A DNA stretch of 62,555 bases from Lama guanicoe (Eukaryota): positions 1,373,320-1,435,874 of the forward strand of contig MU053810.1 in assembly GCA_013239625.1 (NCBI GenBank). Direction: 5' to 3'. A program made the translations under genes and the position numbers. The notes below the pieces were generated by a model that was not told the origin of the DNA, did no database searches, and saw only the letters and a list, made by a program, of their open reading frames with translations. This document shows positions 13,123 to 26,196 of this stretch, piece after piece; the stretch's first letter is position 1, and each line of letters opens with the position of its first letter.

Positions 13123-13170
13123 GTAGGTGACATTTTGACTAACCGATCATTTGAGTATTGGAGCCTCTGA

Positions 13171-13314
<144 letters not shown>

Positions 13315-13543
13315 TAAGTGATGCCTTGGATTGCTGGATAAAATAGACTGTGGCAGACCAATTTTCTGAGACATTCCATTTGCTATATTTTCCTTTCATC
13401 CCATATTACATACAGACAACTTCAGTTTTCCAAACTTTATGGATTTATTTTTTCTGGGCAGAAAGCAGGGGTTACTTAATGATAATCTTTCTTCTTTTGT
13501 TAGTAAAAAGCCTTAAGTTTACTTTTCAGTTACGTTAGGAACA

Positions 13544-13670
13544 TTTTTTTTTTTGTAGTACAGTCAGTATCTTGAAATAACCTTTAATGGAAAAACTATG
13601 AAGACGAATATATGAATGTATGTGCATGACTGGGACATTGTGCTGGACACCAGAAACTGACGCATTGTAA
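13544..13670. mobile_element. Short L1 3' end with internal inversion (twin priming)
   Basis: T11 plus gtagtacagtcagt (the L1 terminus in antisense) is followed by ~100 nt of the adjacent L1 3' UTR in sense. taggaa repeats flank it (13536-41, 13672-77). Confidence 0.75.
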
Positions 13671-14561
13671 ATAGGAATCTTTCTGATGATACTGGAAAAC
13701 AGGACATGACAATCCTCACAGATTAAAAAGGCACAAGGTGATGGATGTTCCACTTTCTGGTAGCACCCAGGGAAGGCAGCAGGACTGCAAAAGCGGTACT
13801 TTCTTGGCGTGCCCAGGGAGGCTGGCTCTAAGCACCAGTGTTCTAGGCCAAGATGCCCGTGTTCTAGACAATGAACAGAACAGAGGCTGAGAGCTGCTGC
13901 ACCTGAAGGAATTCTGCAGGCTGGGCTCGTGCATAACTAGGACCTCACAACCCACAGGGCTGTTTGGGGTCATGGGGCTTCCTCTGCAATCCCCATCTTC
14001 CCATTATGGGATATACACCACCCCAATAATGAAAGTGACGGATTGCCCAGGGACCGAACAAGGTAAGGGCTCAGAATGAGATTTAGTGAAATTTTAAGAA
14101 ATTAAAGAAATGCATCATCTCTTGCACGCCTGAGTCTGTGGTCAGAGACTCAGCCTGGCTACAGCACCGGTGTGTCACAGAGCACTGGAGAGCTGCATTT
14201 TCCTTGGTGCCAGCTTGTGTGTGCTTCCCAGTTGATGAATTCTCCTTAGATTTCTTCCAGCCTTCAGTCTTGTGAATCAGCAGATACCAATCTTGGTATC
14301 ATCAACTAAGGCACATTTATTACAGAATTATTATGGTGTTCCTTGGGAAAAAAGACGTGACATTTTAATCCATTACTGTTAATAAGATCTTACTCATCTA
14401 TTAATTCTTTAATTGTTTTTTATGTTTCTAAAATATGCCAGACAGCGTGGACACAAACATGAATGAAAATCAGACTGGACTTAAAGGAGTTTGTAATCGA
14501 GTGGGGGAAAAACAGACAGAGAGCTACTAAATGAAATACTGGTTTTGTGCTAGAATATTCT

Positions 14562-15375
14562 TGTATTAGTAAGTGTTCTTTAGAGAAAAAGAAAGATGAG
14601 ATAAAGACAGACAGCTAGCTAGCTAGATATCCTGTTGTTTTTCTGTGAATAGAACTGTCTTTAAATATCAGATTCATAATGTATTTATATTTAATGTATT
14701 AACATACTATAAAACACATAAAATCAATACAATATTATTATATAAATATTATTATATTACTGTATTTTAATATGTTTAAATGTATATCAGTATATAATAT
14801 ACAATATATTAAAATATCTTCAATTAACATATATCTATGTACAGAATTATATACTGATAACTTTATGTAATATTAATCACACAGACTATATTTATTAATA
14901 GTAATGAAATAATCAATATTTTAATTATATTAAGAAAATAATTAATAATATAGCATATTAAGAAAGAAGGATCTCTTTTAAGGATTGGCTCATGCACTAG
15001 TGGGAACTGGCAAGCATGAATCTCGCAGGGCAGGCCTGCAAGCTGGAAATTCACGTTAAGAGTTGGCGGTGCAGGCTTGAGTCCAAAATCTGCCAGGCGA
15101 GTTATTAGGCTGGAAACACGGGTAGGATTTCTACGTTGCAACCTTCAGGCAGAGTTCTATCTCCTTTGAGAAATTTCAGTCTTCACTCGTAAAGCCTTCA
15201 AATGAGTGAATGAGGCCCCCCCCCCATTACGGAGGGTAATCTGCTTTACTTAGAATTTGCTGACTGTAAACACTTACCACAGCTAACAATTCCTTCACGG
15301 CAACATCTAGACTAGTGTTTGTGCAAACACCTGGGCACCTCAGCTAGCCAGCTGACACAGAAGGTCATCATCACA
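14562..15375 (-). mobile_element. MLT2-type (ERVL) solo LTR with an expanded AT-rich simple repeat inside (about 14660-14960)
   Basis: Starts 'tgtattagt...ttct...agagaaa' and ends 'catcaca'. Contains 'gattggctcatgc...ctggcaag...ggctggaaa...gccttcaa...atgaggccc...ggagggtaatctgctttact'. Confidence 0.85.
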
Positions 15376-15789
15376 GTATATAAATAAGTCGTCACGTTAC
15401 TAAAACCAGCGAGAGTCTCCAGGAAGTACCCTGAATTTCGCACCTTGTCCAGGCTTGTGTGGGACAGCTGTACCGTCGGGGCGATGGGGAGGCCTGGCAG
15501 GCCGTGGTTGGTGGCCCCGCGGCACAGCCTGACAGAGCCTCCTCTCCGTTCACTCCTCCATTGCTGTCATTCTTCTGCCGTTTTACACTTCCCCTTCCTC
15601 GTTGCTGCACATCCTCTTTCTCTGACAAACTCTGTTCTCATTTTCCCGTCCCCTGTGTCTTTGTCCATCTCCTCTTAATCTTCCTTTTCTCTGCCTTTTT
15701 TTTTTTAAGTCTCTTCTTCTCTCCCTGTCCCCAGCCCTTACTGACCCTCCCTCGGGTTTGCTCTCTACCTCCCACCCTTCCCACTCTGC

Positions 15790-15980
15790 GTGTCATCGGT
15801 GGGGGACGGCATTCGTTCCCGAAGGTTCAGATACCATCCATATGTCAATGGCTTCAAATGGTCTCTTTCCATAACTGAAATTCTGTCCCAAGCTCCAAAT
15901 CCATACCATGCTTTCAACCATTTGCTCGACTTCTCCGTAGGCGTTATCTAGATACACTAACTAACATATGAAGTGTCAGT
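15790..15980 (+). mobile_element. L2 LINE internal (RT-region) remnant
   Basis: 'ataccatccatatgtcaatggcttcaaat...ctgtcccaagctccaaatccata' matches the degenerate L2 YADD-region sequence. Confidence 0.55.
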
Positions 15981-16539
15981 GCCCGTCATTTCCGTATCTT
16001 CGAACCTCCCTTTGAGGTCCTAGAAATAAAGGGTAATATCGCCATCGGATGTAGCTTCGTTCTCATCCTCCCAGAACACCAGCACTCTCATCTGACCGTA
16101 ACCCCTCTTGCACAAAATTCACAAGAAATTGAGTAAAATTGGCTTCATTCCTCAAATAAGAGGCTCCAAGTACCATACATTTTAAAGAATTGCCAAACAC
16201 TACCGATAACTGGGGTCAGACACAGCCCACTGAAGCTGGCTAATGCACAGCCATCACCCTTTCTTTCATCTCCTCAGTGTGTGTAAGGAGAGGGCTGGAG
16301 GGAAAAGAGAAGACAAGGGTTTTGGAGTCATTTTCCTTGGAATAGTGCAGTGTTTGTGCTGAGACGTTTCTACCTCTTTCCCAATGAGGAATGGGAGGAA
16401 GATCCCACCAGCCCTGCCCAAGCCAAATGATGGAAGACCCCCCCTCATAAACCAAGAGTTAAGATAGGTGATGCCCAATCCCAGAAAAAAAGTGAAAAAC
16501 ATGCAGAATCTGCTTCCTGGTGCTCATCAGAGCAGAGTA

Positions 16540-16863
16540 TAGGGGAAAATCTGCACCAGCTGGCCTTAAAAGAACTGTGGTATCATCAGGGCGGAGGCGG
16601 GGGATGGAAATTATACTGTATCCCAGTTATGCGGGACCCTCCACAGGTCCAGAAGAGAACCCACACTGTCCTTCTTCAGTTCATTGAAGAAGCACGGAGA
16701 ATAGAGATAAATTTCAACTGTCGGTTTGTTCAGGCAGCTGCCAGTTTCGGTGACGTGATGCCCATTTTGGAAAGGGCACTGGGGGCAAGGCTGAGCTGAA
16801 GGTTGACATAGCTGCCTTCCTTTTAAAAGGTATTCAGTCATAGAAGGGGCCCAAATTGAGGCG

Positions 16864-16902
<39 letters not shown>

Positions 16903-18212
16903 ATATGCTTTCACCACGGAGACCATGGTGAGAGAAAAGTCCACAAGAAAAGTCAGCACTGCACACACCACTGTGCGGGGGGGGGGGGCACCTGGCTACT
17001 GTGACAGATGACTAGTTACACAAAGATTCCAGCCTCTCGTATCCCCTCCTCTCTGTGTCTGCACCACAGACCTAAGCCCCAAGAATGGCGGGGGGGGGGG
17101 CAGAAATAAAGCCATCATGAGATCACGACCTCATCCTCTTCCCCACTCCAAGCAGCAGCCATGGTCAGATCTCCAGTCTGAAGGGGAGAAAGGGCAGGAG
17201 ATAAATAGAGGTTAGAATCTGATACTATTCAGAGCTTTAAAGTGGGCTGGATTGTGTTTTAATCATTAAAAACTAACTCTGAATCATCCTGAGTGGCAAT
17301 ACAGTTCTGAAATTTGCCTAAAATAGGGGAAGTGGCCCAAGAAAGAAGGATGTTGATAGAACATGGTAGAAATAAATGATTGCAAAGAGAGAGAGAAACA
17401 CTTTTCATGTTTTTAAACTCCCTTCCTGAGGTACCTCAGTCAGTTACCACGCCTTAGTCCCTCCTCCTAACAGAGGTGGAGAGGCCCAGTGCTCGAGACC
17501 AAGACAGCACCTCTGATTAACTGCCCTGTCCTCTCTCGTCTCCGTAATACCTTCTCTTCTGATCTCCACCATCTCGAGTCAGAGGTTTTATTCCCTATTA
17601 CAAGTATCAAAACAAGTATCACTCAAGACTGTCTTCTCAGTCTTGTCAGTGATCTCCCGAATTGCTCACTGCACACCCAGCCCTGGAGGCCACGGGGAGG
17701 AAGTTCTCACTATCGGGACTGAAGACAGAGGAGGCCCATCAATGGAACCAGACCCGCCTCGGCCAGTATAGGCAGATCAAGCCCAGAGCTACAACCGTTC
17801 CCTCTGCCAGGGCTCTTCAGACAAGGGGAGGAGGACCCTGAGGCCTCAGAGACTTCTCCAACATTTGTGGTGCAAATAGCTTCAAGGGAGTCAATTTGCA
17901 GATGCTCAAATTTCATGGATTCTCTCCTGATGGAGAAAAGTGCCTTCAGCCCGGGCCTTGGGACTTCCTCTCTCTGACTGTTTCCTCCACAGGCGTCCTC
18001 ACCACCTCACACCCATCCTGAAACTTACCGAAGTAGGCTGCAAGGGGAAGGGCTCGGGAATACCCCTCGGGGCCGCAACGGAGGAAGAATCTGAGACTGC
18101 AGCCCCCACACGAGACTCATATGGCAAAAGAAGAGATTTGAGAGCAGCAATATTGAAAAGGGAGCAGGAGATGCATCTTTGCCAGATTTATCTTCCCAAT
18201 TTCCCAATCACA
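16540..18212. mobile_element. One or two ancient LTR-like elements, family unassigned
   Basis: GC-richer block with LTR-like texture and internal AATAAA on both strands (17105 +, 17586 -). The minus strand begins TGTGATTGGGAAATTGGGAAG at 18212. This is pattern recognition only. Confidence 0.3.
16868..16898. repeat. (CA)n microsatellite, ~15 units
   Basis: Directly visible. Confidence 0.97.
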
Positions 18213-18297
18213 GTCTTTCTCTGTCTCCCTCCCTTCCTCCCTCTTTCTCATTCTTTCTCTCTTTCCCCACATAGAATTGGAAATTACGATTAATTTA

Positions 18298-18646
18298 GTT
18301 GATTGCCCGGGACACATTTTAACCTATGTATTTGAGTTGAACAACAAAGTCAGTCTGTTTCTGGAAATTAAGTTTGATTTGGTTGATGGGATGGCTTAGC
18401 AGGACTGGCTTTATCATTTAGATGAGATGGCAGACCAATTCCAAAATTTTTAAGAATGCAATATAAAAAATTTCAGATATATTTAAATATAAATCCAAAT
18501 ATAAAAAAAAATTTCATATATATTCTCTGTAAAAACCAAAGTTACCATAAACATTTTAGATATTAACTTAAAAATATAAAAGGAGATGCATAGGTTTTCT
18601 AAATTATTTTAGGGAAAACTCGCTTGGCAACGTTCAGGGACCACTG
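18298..18646 (+). mobile_element. hAT Charlie/Buster transposon remnant: transposase fragment plus right end
   Basis: 18298-18453 translates to VDCPGHILTYVFELNNKVSLFLEIKFDLVDGMA*QDWLYHLDEMADQFQNF*, which fits the Buster/ZBED5-type block (RWLSRGxxLxRxFEL...FL...WxxxLAYLxDIF). The element ends in the hAT-like terminus 'gaccactg'. Confidence 0.65.
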
Positions 18647-21269
18647 CACCAAGTTTCCCCACCCTTCCACACCCTACCCTTGGGGAAAGTCTTACCATGC
18701 CCCAAAGCACGTGGCTTTTCACACCCTCTGTCTGGCAGAGCTACCCAAGCCCGTGTGTTTCTGATACTAAGCAAAAATATCCTGGCATTCCTTCCAGGTT
18801 AGTCAGAGTTGTCAGAATGTTGTCCTCAAGAAGACAGTTATAGCTCCATTATGTAGTGTTATTGCTTAACAATTTCCATATTAACCAGTCTTTATCTTTA
18901 CAGTTCCAGTTTCCAGCATATGCATAATTTATACCCAAAACATGACTATTGAAGACTATCTATACGTTACTGAATATTCTCAATGCTTCTGAGCATCACC
19001 CAAAACATTGCTTATGTCTGCCGATTACATTTACATTAAAATGTTGCACATCAACTTTTTAAAAAAATCTTCTTGCATGAAATCCTTTAAGCCCTAAAGC
19101 AAGTTATATTTGGCCGAGGGATGGCTAAAAGAAATAACAGTGACTCACCTTGAAAATAAGACCAAAACTTTGAGATATGCAGGAATTAATGGAAGCAAGA
19201 AATTCATCACTCTCTCAAAATAAACCTTAACCTTAAGATTTTTTTTTCATTAGATTTTGTAAAAAGAATCTAGCACAAGAGGCCCTTCAGTGACTGGAAA
19301 GAAACATTTTGTTTTAATTTTTTAAAAACATAGGAGCAGTGCATGCTCAGACAAGGCAAAGCACAGCCACGAGCCTCTTAAAGTTGTTTTTCCTGGATTT
19401 TATTATACATTCTGTGACCTTTCTGTTAGGTACTTGCCACCGAATGTATTACACACTCTGATTGCAGGGGAAGAAAGCATCTCAAGCTGCCTTCATCAAA
19501 ATAAAGAATTTAGTCTAACAACGCACATGTCTTTTAGAGCTCAAGGGTAGGAATAAAGAGATCAAGCCTCAGGAAGGGCTGGACCCAGCTGTATTCTTCA
19601 TCTGCCTCTCATCTCTGCTCTTTTATTCTGTTTGGCATTTCTGCCTCTCTGTCTGTATAACAAAAAGGTGTTGCCCGCAGGATGGATGTTTTTACTCATC
19701 ATGGCCTCAGACTATGGACAGACTGTATCTTTGTCTTTATGACTCTATTCCATATTCTAAAGGGAGACCCTCTGATTAGCCCACCTGGGTCAAGATCCTG
19801 TTTCTGGTCATATCAACTCTGGGTGAGATGCAGGGCAGGACGAGTAGACAAACACGGCTGCCGGGACCCCATACACGGCACTGTGCCGGTGGGGATGGTG
19901 GTCATCGTGAAAGGTCTCTGAAAGGTGTCTGCTACACCTGTCCCTGTAGTTCAAAATCCACCAGGTTTCTCCTCCTAATACTTTAGAGGAAGCAACAAAT
20001 ATGGCAGCCTTCTAGACTTGCTTGTAGTTAACAGAAAGTAGATGTGGCAATCAAATCTACACCTCGAAGTCAAGATTAAAAAATACAAATAAATAGTGGA
20101 CTATTTTTTCTTACCTCACTTGAAGCAATAGAACACTCACTTCTTTCCTATTTTGAATTATATCATCTTTGCCTGGGGGAAAATAGGCAGTAAATAGCCG
20201 TTTATCATGCAGCATTGTGGCACTACTCCCAAAGGATGGTGTTAATTTAACAAATCCACTGAGAAAAATTAACAAGCCTGTTTCATCGAGTTATGCTGAA
20301 AAATAAGATGTGTCTATGTCTTTTCTGAAAAGCTTTCTAAATAATTTGATAGGATTGTAAGTAAGTATTTGCAATGGTGGGAAATTACGAGACCTAGAAG
20401 TGATCTTGGGGCTGCCTCACGACTCACTTCCATAAACATTTATGAAGACTTTCTGTGTGTAAGTCTTGAGAGAGCTCAGAGATCCATAAGATTAGCATCA
20501 TATATGCTTTCTGACTCATACGCCATTATAATATATTTCTGACTCTGGCGAGTATAATGGTAGAAATGTAAATCAAAATACTTTGGGGGGAAAATGGAAG
20601 GAAAGATTCATCTAGAGAATGATTGTTGTGTATATTTCTGGTAAGGATCCCAAAAGCTGCCCACAGGAGGTACAGATGCTCTTGGCTGAGATTCATGAAT
20701 GAATGCCCTTGACCTCCAAATAAAATATCTATCTCTGTATCGCTATCCTTCATCCCAGACCCTTTTCCACTGCTGATACCTTGTAGGATAATGTGGTGCT
20801 TTGGAGGCAGAAGTTTTGCTTCTCTTCTAGTTTAAGATCCTTGAATAGACCTAACCTGTGCCCAGCAATGAATATTTATCCTTAACCAAACTCCAAACCA
20901 TACTTACTCTATGTCTCAAGGCATTCAGCTGCTTTTGCAGCTAGAGTGTCACTAATGAGCTTGCCTTGGTCCCACAAATGAATACGTAGCCTTAGCAAAC
21001 TGGAATTCCAATAGAGGCAGTGACTCAGGTCATCTCTTAATGCATGCACACCTTTGCTGTCTCCACATGTGCGTTTGCCCACAAGAAGTACAGCTGTTAA
21101 GATCCGTGAATCTTATTCCCCAACCTCAGACCCTTGTGCATATATCGGCCATGCTCTGCCGGCCCTGCTAAGTGGTTACTTTGAGTTTAAAAAGGGAAAT
21201 TGAGAACAGGGTTTTGAAATCATCCCCTTTAAAATGGAATTGGACCACGTGTGATAATGATCCTCTACA

Positions 21270-21365
21270 CTCCTCTTTCTCCTCCTCTTATTTTTTCTGC
21301 TCCTCTTCTTCCTCCTCCTCCTCTCCATCTTCTCCTCTTCCTGCTTTTTCTTCTTCTCTATTTTG
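21270..21365. repeat. Polypyrimidine (CTT/CCT)-rich low-complexity tract
   Basis: Directly visible. Confidence 0.9.
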
Positions 21366-21911
21366 AAGAGAACCCTACGCAGCCTGTTCCCTGTTACTTT
21401 TCCCTTAATCTTCCCCTTAGTTTTTTCATCCTGAGATGGCAGAACAGGCCATGAGAGAGGCCTTGAAGGAAAAATGGCACTTGTCCCAGGTTGTTCACAT
21501 TTCTGGTCCCCTCAAAAGAGCCCCATGCTCTGCCCTGCGGCCGGGGATTTCAGGAAGTCAGAGCTCCTCTGATTGGGAGTGGAGAGCGTGGTGCACAGGG
21601 CAAGGCTTGCTCTGTCACACGGAGGCGATGTATTCTGGGGAGCCAGCAATTCAGATGGGCGAAGAGGCCTGCAAAGGGGAGGTAGCATCTGAATTGAGAA
21701 TTGAAGGACGAAGAAACCAGGCAGAGATGATGAAAGAGGATTCAAAAAATTAAGAAAAATGTGGAAGCTTATGGTTCTGAACTGGCTGACATAGTTATAG
21801 AATTTGGTAGGGAAAACAAATCTGATTATACTTGGAAAATTGTGTCGTGGTTAGAGAGGTGGTTAAGGGTTTTGAATACCTATTAAGATTTCAATTTGTT
21901 TAAAAAAAATA

Positions 21912-22365
21912 GGGCCGAGTGCTGGCTACCTTCTCTCTGACCCCCAGATCACCCGCCACCCTTCTCCACTAAACCAGAATGAAAAGGGTAAAAGGTGGAT
22001 CTGAAGACTTGACCTTTATGGATTGCATTAATGGGCTCCCTTGTCATCTGAATTTGTATTATGTTTGACTAAGGTGGAGTGCCTTGAGGGAGGAAAGCGA
22101 TGGGGGCTGGGTATTCATAACCCTGGCTCCGCCCTGCAGCATAGTTTCAGCGGCTGCAGGCAGTGATGGTTCCCCTGTGTACACTGCAGCTCTGCCCTTC
22201 TTGGTCTTCCTCCTTCCAGCTGAGGGTGGTAACAGGCCTGATGGCATCCCTTATGGGTTCTTTATAGTCTCGCCATACCTCTGCAAACTGTCGGTGTATC
22301 AAACACTCCTCATGTTTTCCAATTTGAGCATGTCAGCTCTCTCCTGCGAGGGCCTGAAACGATGC
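21912..22365 (+). mobile_element. LTR33-type (ERVL) solo LTR
   Basis: 'tgacctttatggattgcattaatgggctcccttgtcatctg' and 'gagggtggtaacag...caatttgagcatgtcagctctctcctgc' match LTR33 as I recall it. Confidence 0.65.
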
Positions 22366-25300
22366 GAGCCAGGAAAGTGTTTTAAGAATGACAAGAAGTG
22401 TTTTAAGGATGTAAGAAGAATGACAAGATCATGTCTGTGGTTTAAAAGAGAAGGCAGATCATGAGAACAGATTAGGGAAGATTCGGAAAGAGATGGGCAG
22501 TCTAGAGGGTGTAAGCCCATTTCGGAGGATTAGATGAGAGACAATGAGAACTTGAACTTGAGCAGTGGAGACTGACCTAATACAGGAGGTGAGGAAAAAG
22601 CAAGTGTCAAAGTTGATCGGAGGGTACTATACTTGGGCGACTGCGTGGTTGGTAATGTCACTAACAGAGAGTCAAAAACCCAGGAGGAAAAACAGGTTAG
22701 GCAATAGGAAAGAAAACTACTTTGAAACTATTTGTTTTCTTATATGAGGAGGTTGAACCAAATCAGTTTTCTCAACCATCTGTCATGTATAGGTCACCCC
22801 TACAATTTAGGGCATGATTCTGCATGTTTACTATTATTTTTTTCATAATCTATTTATCTTCAGATAGATTTTAGAGTTTGGTCCTTTGGGCCCAGAGTTA
22901 TTCCCTGGTTGTAATGTAACTGCATGAAGCCTGTCAGCTCCCAGAGTGCCTTTTCTCTGACTGAGTCGTGTCTGACCTTTATCTTTGCATTGCAATTCCC
23001 CAAGAATGTTAATGCTTATTTTTCTTAAAAATTAAGTGTCTTAACTTACAATTCAATAGACCAGACATTTGGCGAGTCTGTCTGTATGGTGGTCTTGACC
23101 ATGCAACTGACTGAGGGTTAAAAGCAGCAATATCTGGGCCTCAGATGTAATTCCATTTGCTGATGAATCTCTGGGAAGCAGAGAGAGCAGTGTTGTTTAT
23201 GCTGCTCCTTGCCCAACACACTGTGCATTTCATAAATAACAGGTAGGCAGATGAAAAATAAGATGGCTGGGATCTGCAGATTTGCAGAAATACATCAGAG
23301 TCTTGAAATTCAGTCTCTACGGGCTGAGTATGCCCAAGACATAGAATGAGTGATGCCAGCTGCCATCTTTCAAGACCGTAATGGCCAAGAGGAACTTATT
23401 GGTCAAAGGAGGAGAGAACAAACTTTCAGAAGTGCTAGGTTTACTTTTTCCTTAACCGTAAAAATAAAACAGAGAAAGGGAAAATTTTCACAAAAGCCAA
23501 CCGCAGAGGTTGTGACATCTGTGAAGCTTCCTAGGTCACTTTGGATGAAAGAAAGCACACCTACCTCCCTCTGAGCTTACAAACTACTTTGTTCTCAGCC
23601 TTGTTTTTCACTAGCCACGCTGACTTTGGTTTGATGTCTCCCGTAACAGATTGTGAGCCTCCTGATGGCAGGATCTTTGTCCTGTTTATATTTCTATATG
23701 TGAGCTCAATAAATGACACTTAGAAATTCATTTTAGTAAATATTTGTTAAATTAGATTTCTCAGCTTGTCTCCAGTAGGATGTTTGAGCCCAAATGAATG
23801 GTTTCTATTCTAAGAAATAGATTCTTTGGTCTTAATGTTCCAGGATTTATTCATACTAGAATCCTTACAGATGACTCTAAAAGTTGAGATATCACTTGGA
23901 TATTCTTGAAGAAGTTCAGTCCAACTCAACTGACCTTCATTCCATTCTATAGAAGCTGAAAGCAAATGAAGGAATTCCAAATGATGCCTACACGGAAGAC
24001 TCTCAGCAGAGTCGTGATTGGGGCCCATGAAGGTCTGCAAAGTCAATCCATAGACAGAAGCTTAAACCCTAGAATATTAAGGAAGGACATTAGAGAATAC
24101 CAAAAACCTAGAGGTATGAACATTCATAATCCAAGGAAGAAACCGAGCATCAAAAATACCTGGGATTTCAGGGAAGCAGGAAACTGAATTTACTTAAAAG
24201 AGTAACTGTGTTCACGCTTCAGCACATTGACCTCACACTATACCATTTAGTTTGGATATCTATTTGTGTGATGGATTTCACCCTGAAGTTTCTGAAAACA
24301 ATGCCTGGCATCTGATAACCTAATCTACTCAATTTAATTGGGAATCTAATTACCAGTTTTACCTATAGGGGTGTTATTACTCTCATTCTGTTTTCTATAA
24401 GAAATCATTTCCAAATGAGTATCTAGATTAACTCTTTTCAAGAAAGTAAGAATCATATTTATCAAATGAACAAATTTATAAATTGCACATGAGTTTCAAA
24501 GTGATCTGCTGTTTTTACCAACTAGCAGTAGCTCTTTAACCAGTCCCCTAACCTCTTATGATATTATTTAACTATGCAAAGTCAGTTTACATGCAATATA
24601 TCAGGAATATAAGTCTGGAATAATGCAAGCTTCATGCTGTGTATGTGTGTGTGTTGTCATTGCTAACTGTCCCAAGTTGTTTCAAATCTATTGTCATTGG
24701 ATACAGATTCCAAATATTCTAATAGATAAAATCTGTTTAAAATATATATATAGAGAGAGAGAGAGCACTTTACTGTGTAACAGCCTCATGTTCTAATTAT
24801 TTGATCTGAAGATAGCCATTTTGCCATTTTAATGCAGGTGACTGTTTGGCAGAAATAGTCCCCAGGGTGGGATTCAAGGCACTTTTTAGCATCCTCTCTC
24901 TGTTCACTATAAATCTTACATTAGCCGTAAGACAGAAATTCAGTCTCTGATATATTTCTACGTTGCATTTGTTTCTTTGTATCCAAGCAATTAGAGCAGA
25001 AGAGTGAGTTGTAGGAAAATCAGAGTTGCTCCTTGAAAGATGTAACCTGTTTAAATGAGGAAGGACCAGAAGGCAGTAAAGATGAGTGAGGTGGGTGCTA
25101 TTTTAGTAAGTCATTTAGCTCTACTGTGGCATTCAGCCCCTTTTGCTGGAGAATCAGAATTCTAAATGTTGTTCTTTATTAAAGTGACTAGAGGGCAGGG
25201 GATTTGAAAGAGGGGGATCAGCGTCATAATTTTTCTTCACTAACTGCTTTGCCGTCCTCCTCACAGGCTCTTTTCTGCTTTCAAATCGTCTTGCCCACAA

Positions 25301-26196
25301 TTTTTCCCCTTAAAAGCATCCTTAGGGACACTCTTAAAAGTTCAACAATCTGTTTACTGTGTTAGAATTTCTAGCTCACTAATGAATCAAACAGCAGAAT
25401 GACAACAAAATTTGAAAGACCAGCTTATTTTCATCTTTATAAAAAGAAACAACATATCAGAAACTCTTAGCAATTCATTCATGTATTCGGCAAACATTTA
25501 TTAAGTATCTTTTATATGCTAGATAGGTGCTGTGCTAGCCTGATAATATAGAAATAAACAACAATTTACACTCTAGTGGAAAAGGCATATTGACAAACAA
25601 ATATCAATTCTTCATCAAGCATGTATGAAGCACATGCCATCACTTCCTACAAAGCACTGGAGGAAACACAGGTAAAGGAGAGGTCAAGTCTGCATCAAAG
25701 GTGAAAATAATATGGTAGAGAGATTGTAGTAGGATTTGGTGGGGAGGTTGTAGAAGGATTTGGTCTGAATTTATGGATTGAAATCCCCAGATGAAAAGGA
25801 GGAACAACTCAAGAAGACAGAACGACTTGTGTCAAGATACAAACTGTAACAGAGAACAGGTGTGGTTAGTGTGAATGAAACATAGGTCAGGCAAGAAACA
25901 ATAACAGGAAATTTACTGGGAGTCAACAGGGAGAGATTATTTTAAAGAGATCTACATAAAATGCTAATTGCTTATACGCTTATAATTTCTCTTTTTGTTT
26001 TAAAAATAAGTTGTTTTACAAACACAACAAGAAAATGCAATTTTATTGCTTTTTTCAATTTTTAAGTTTATATTTATATTAAATTTATAAACTGAACTAA
26101 TTCATAGATCCAAGAGAGCTTTAAGCAAATGTATTAATAAATGCAAAATAAGGTATATTTAAAAGAATTTGTAGGTATTTGTGAGTTATAATGAAA

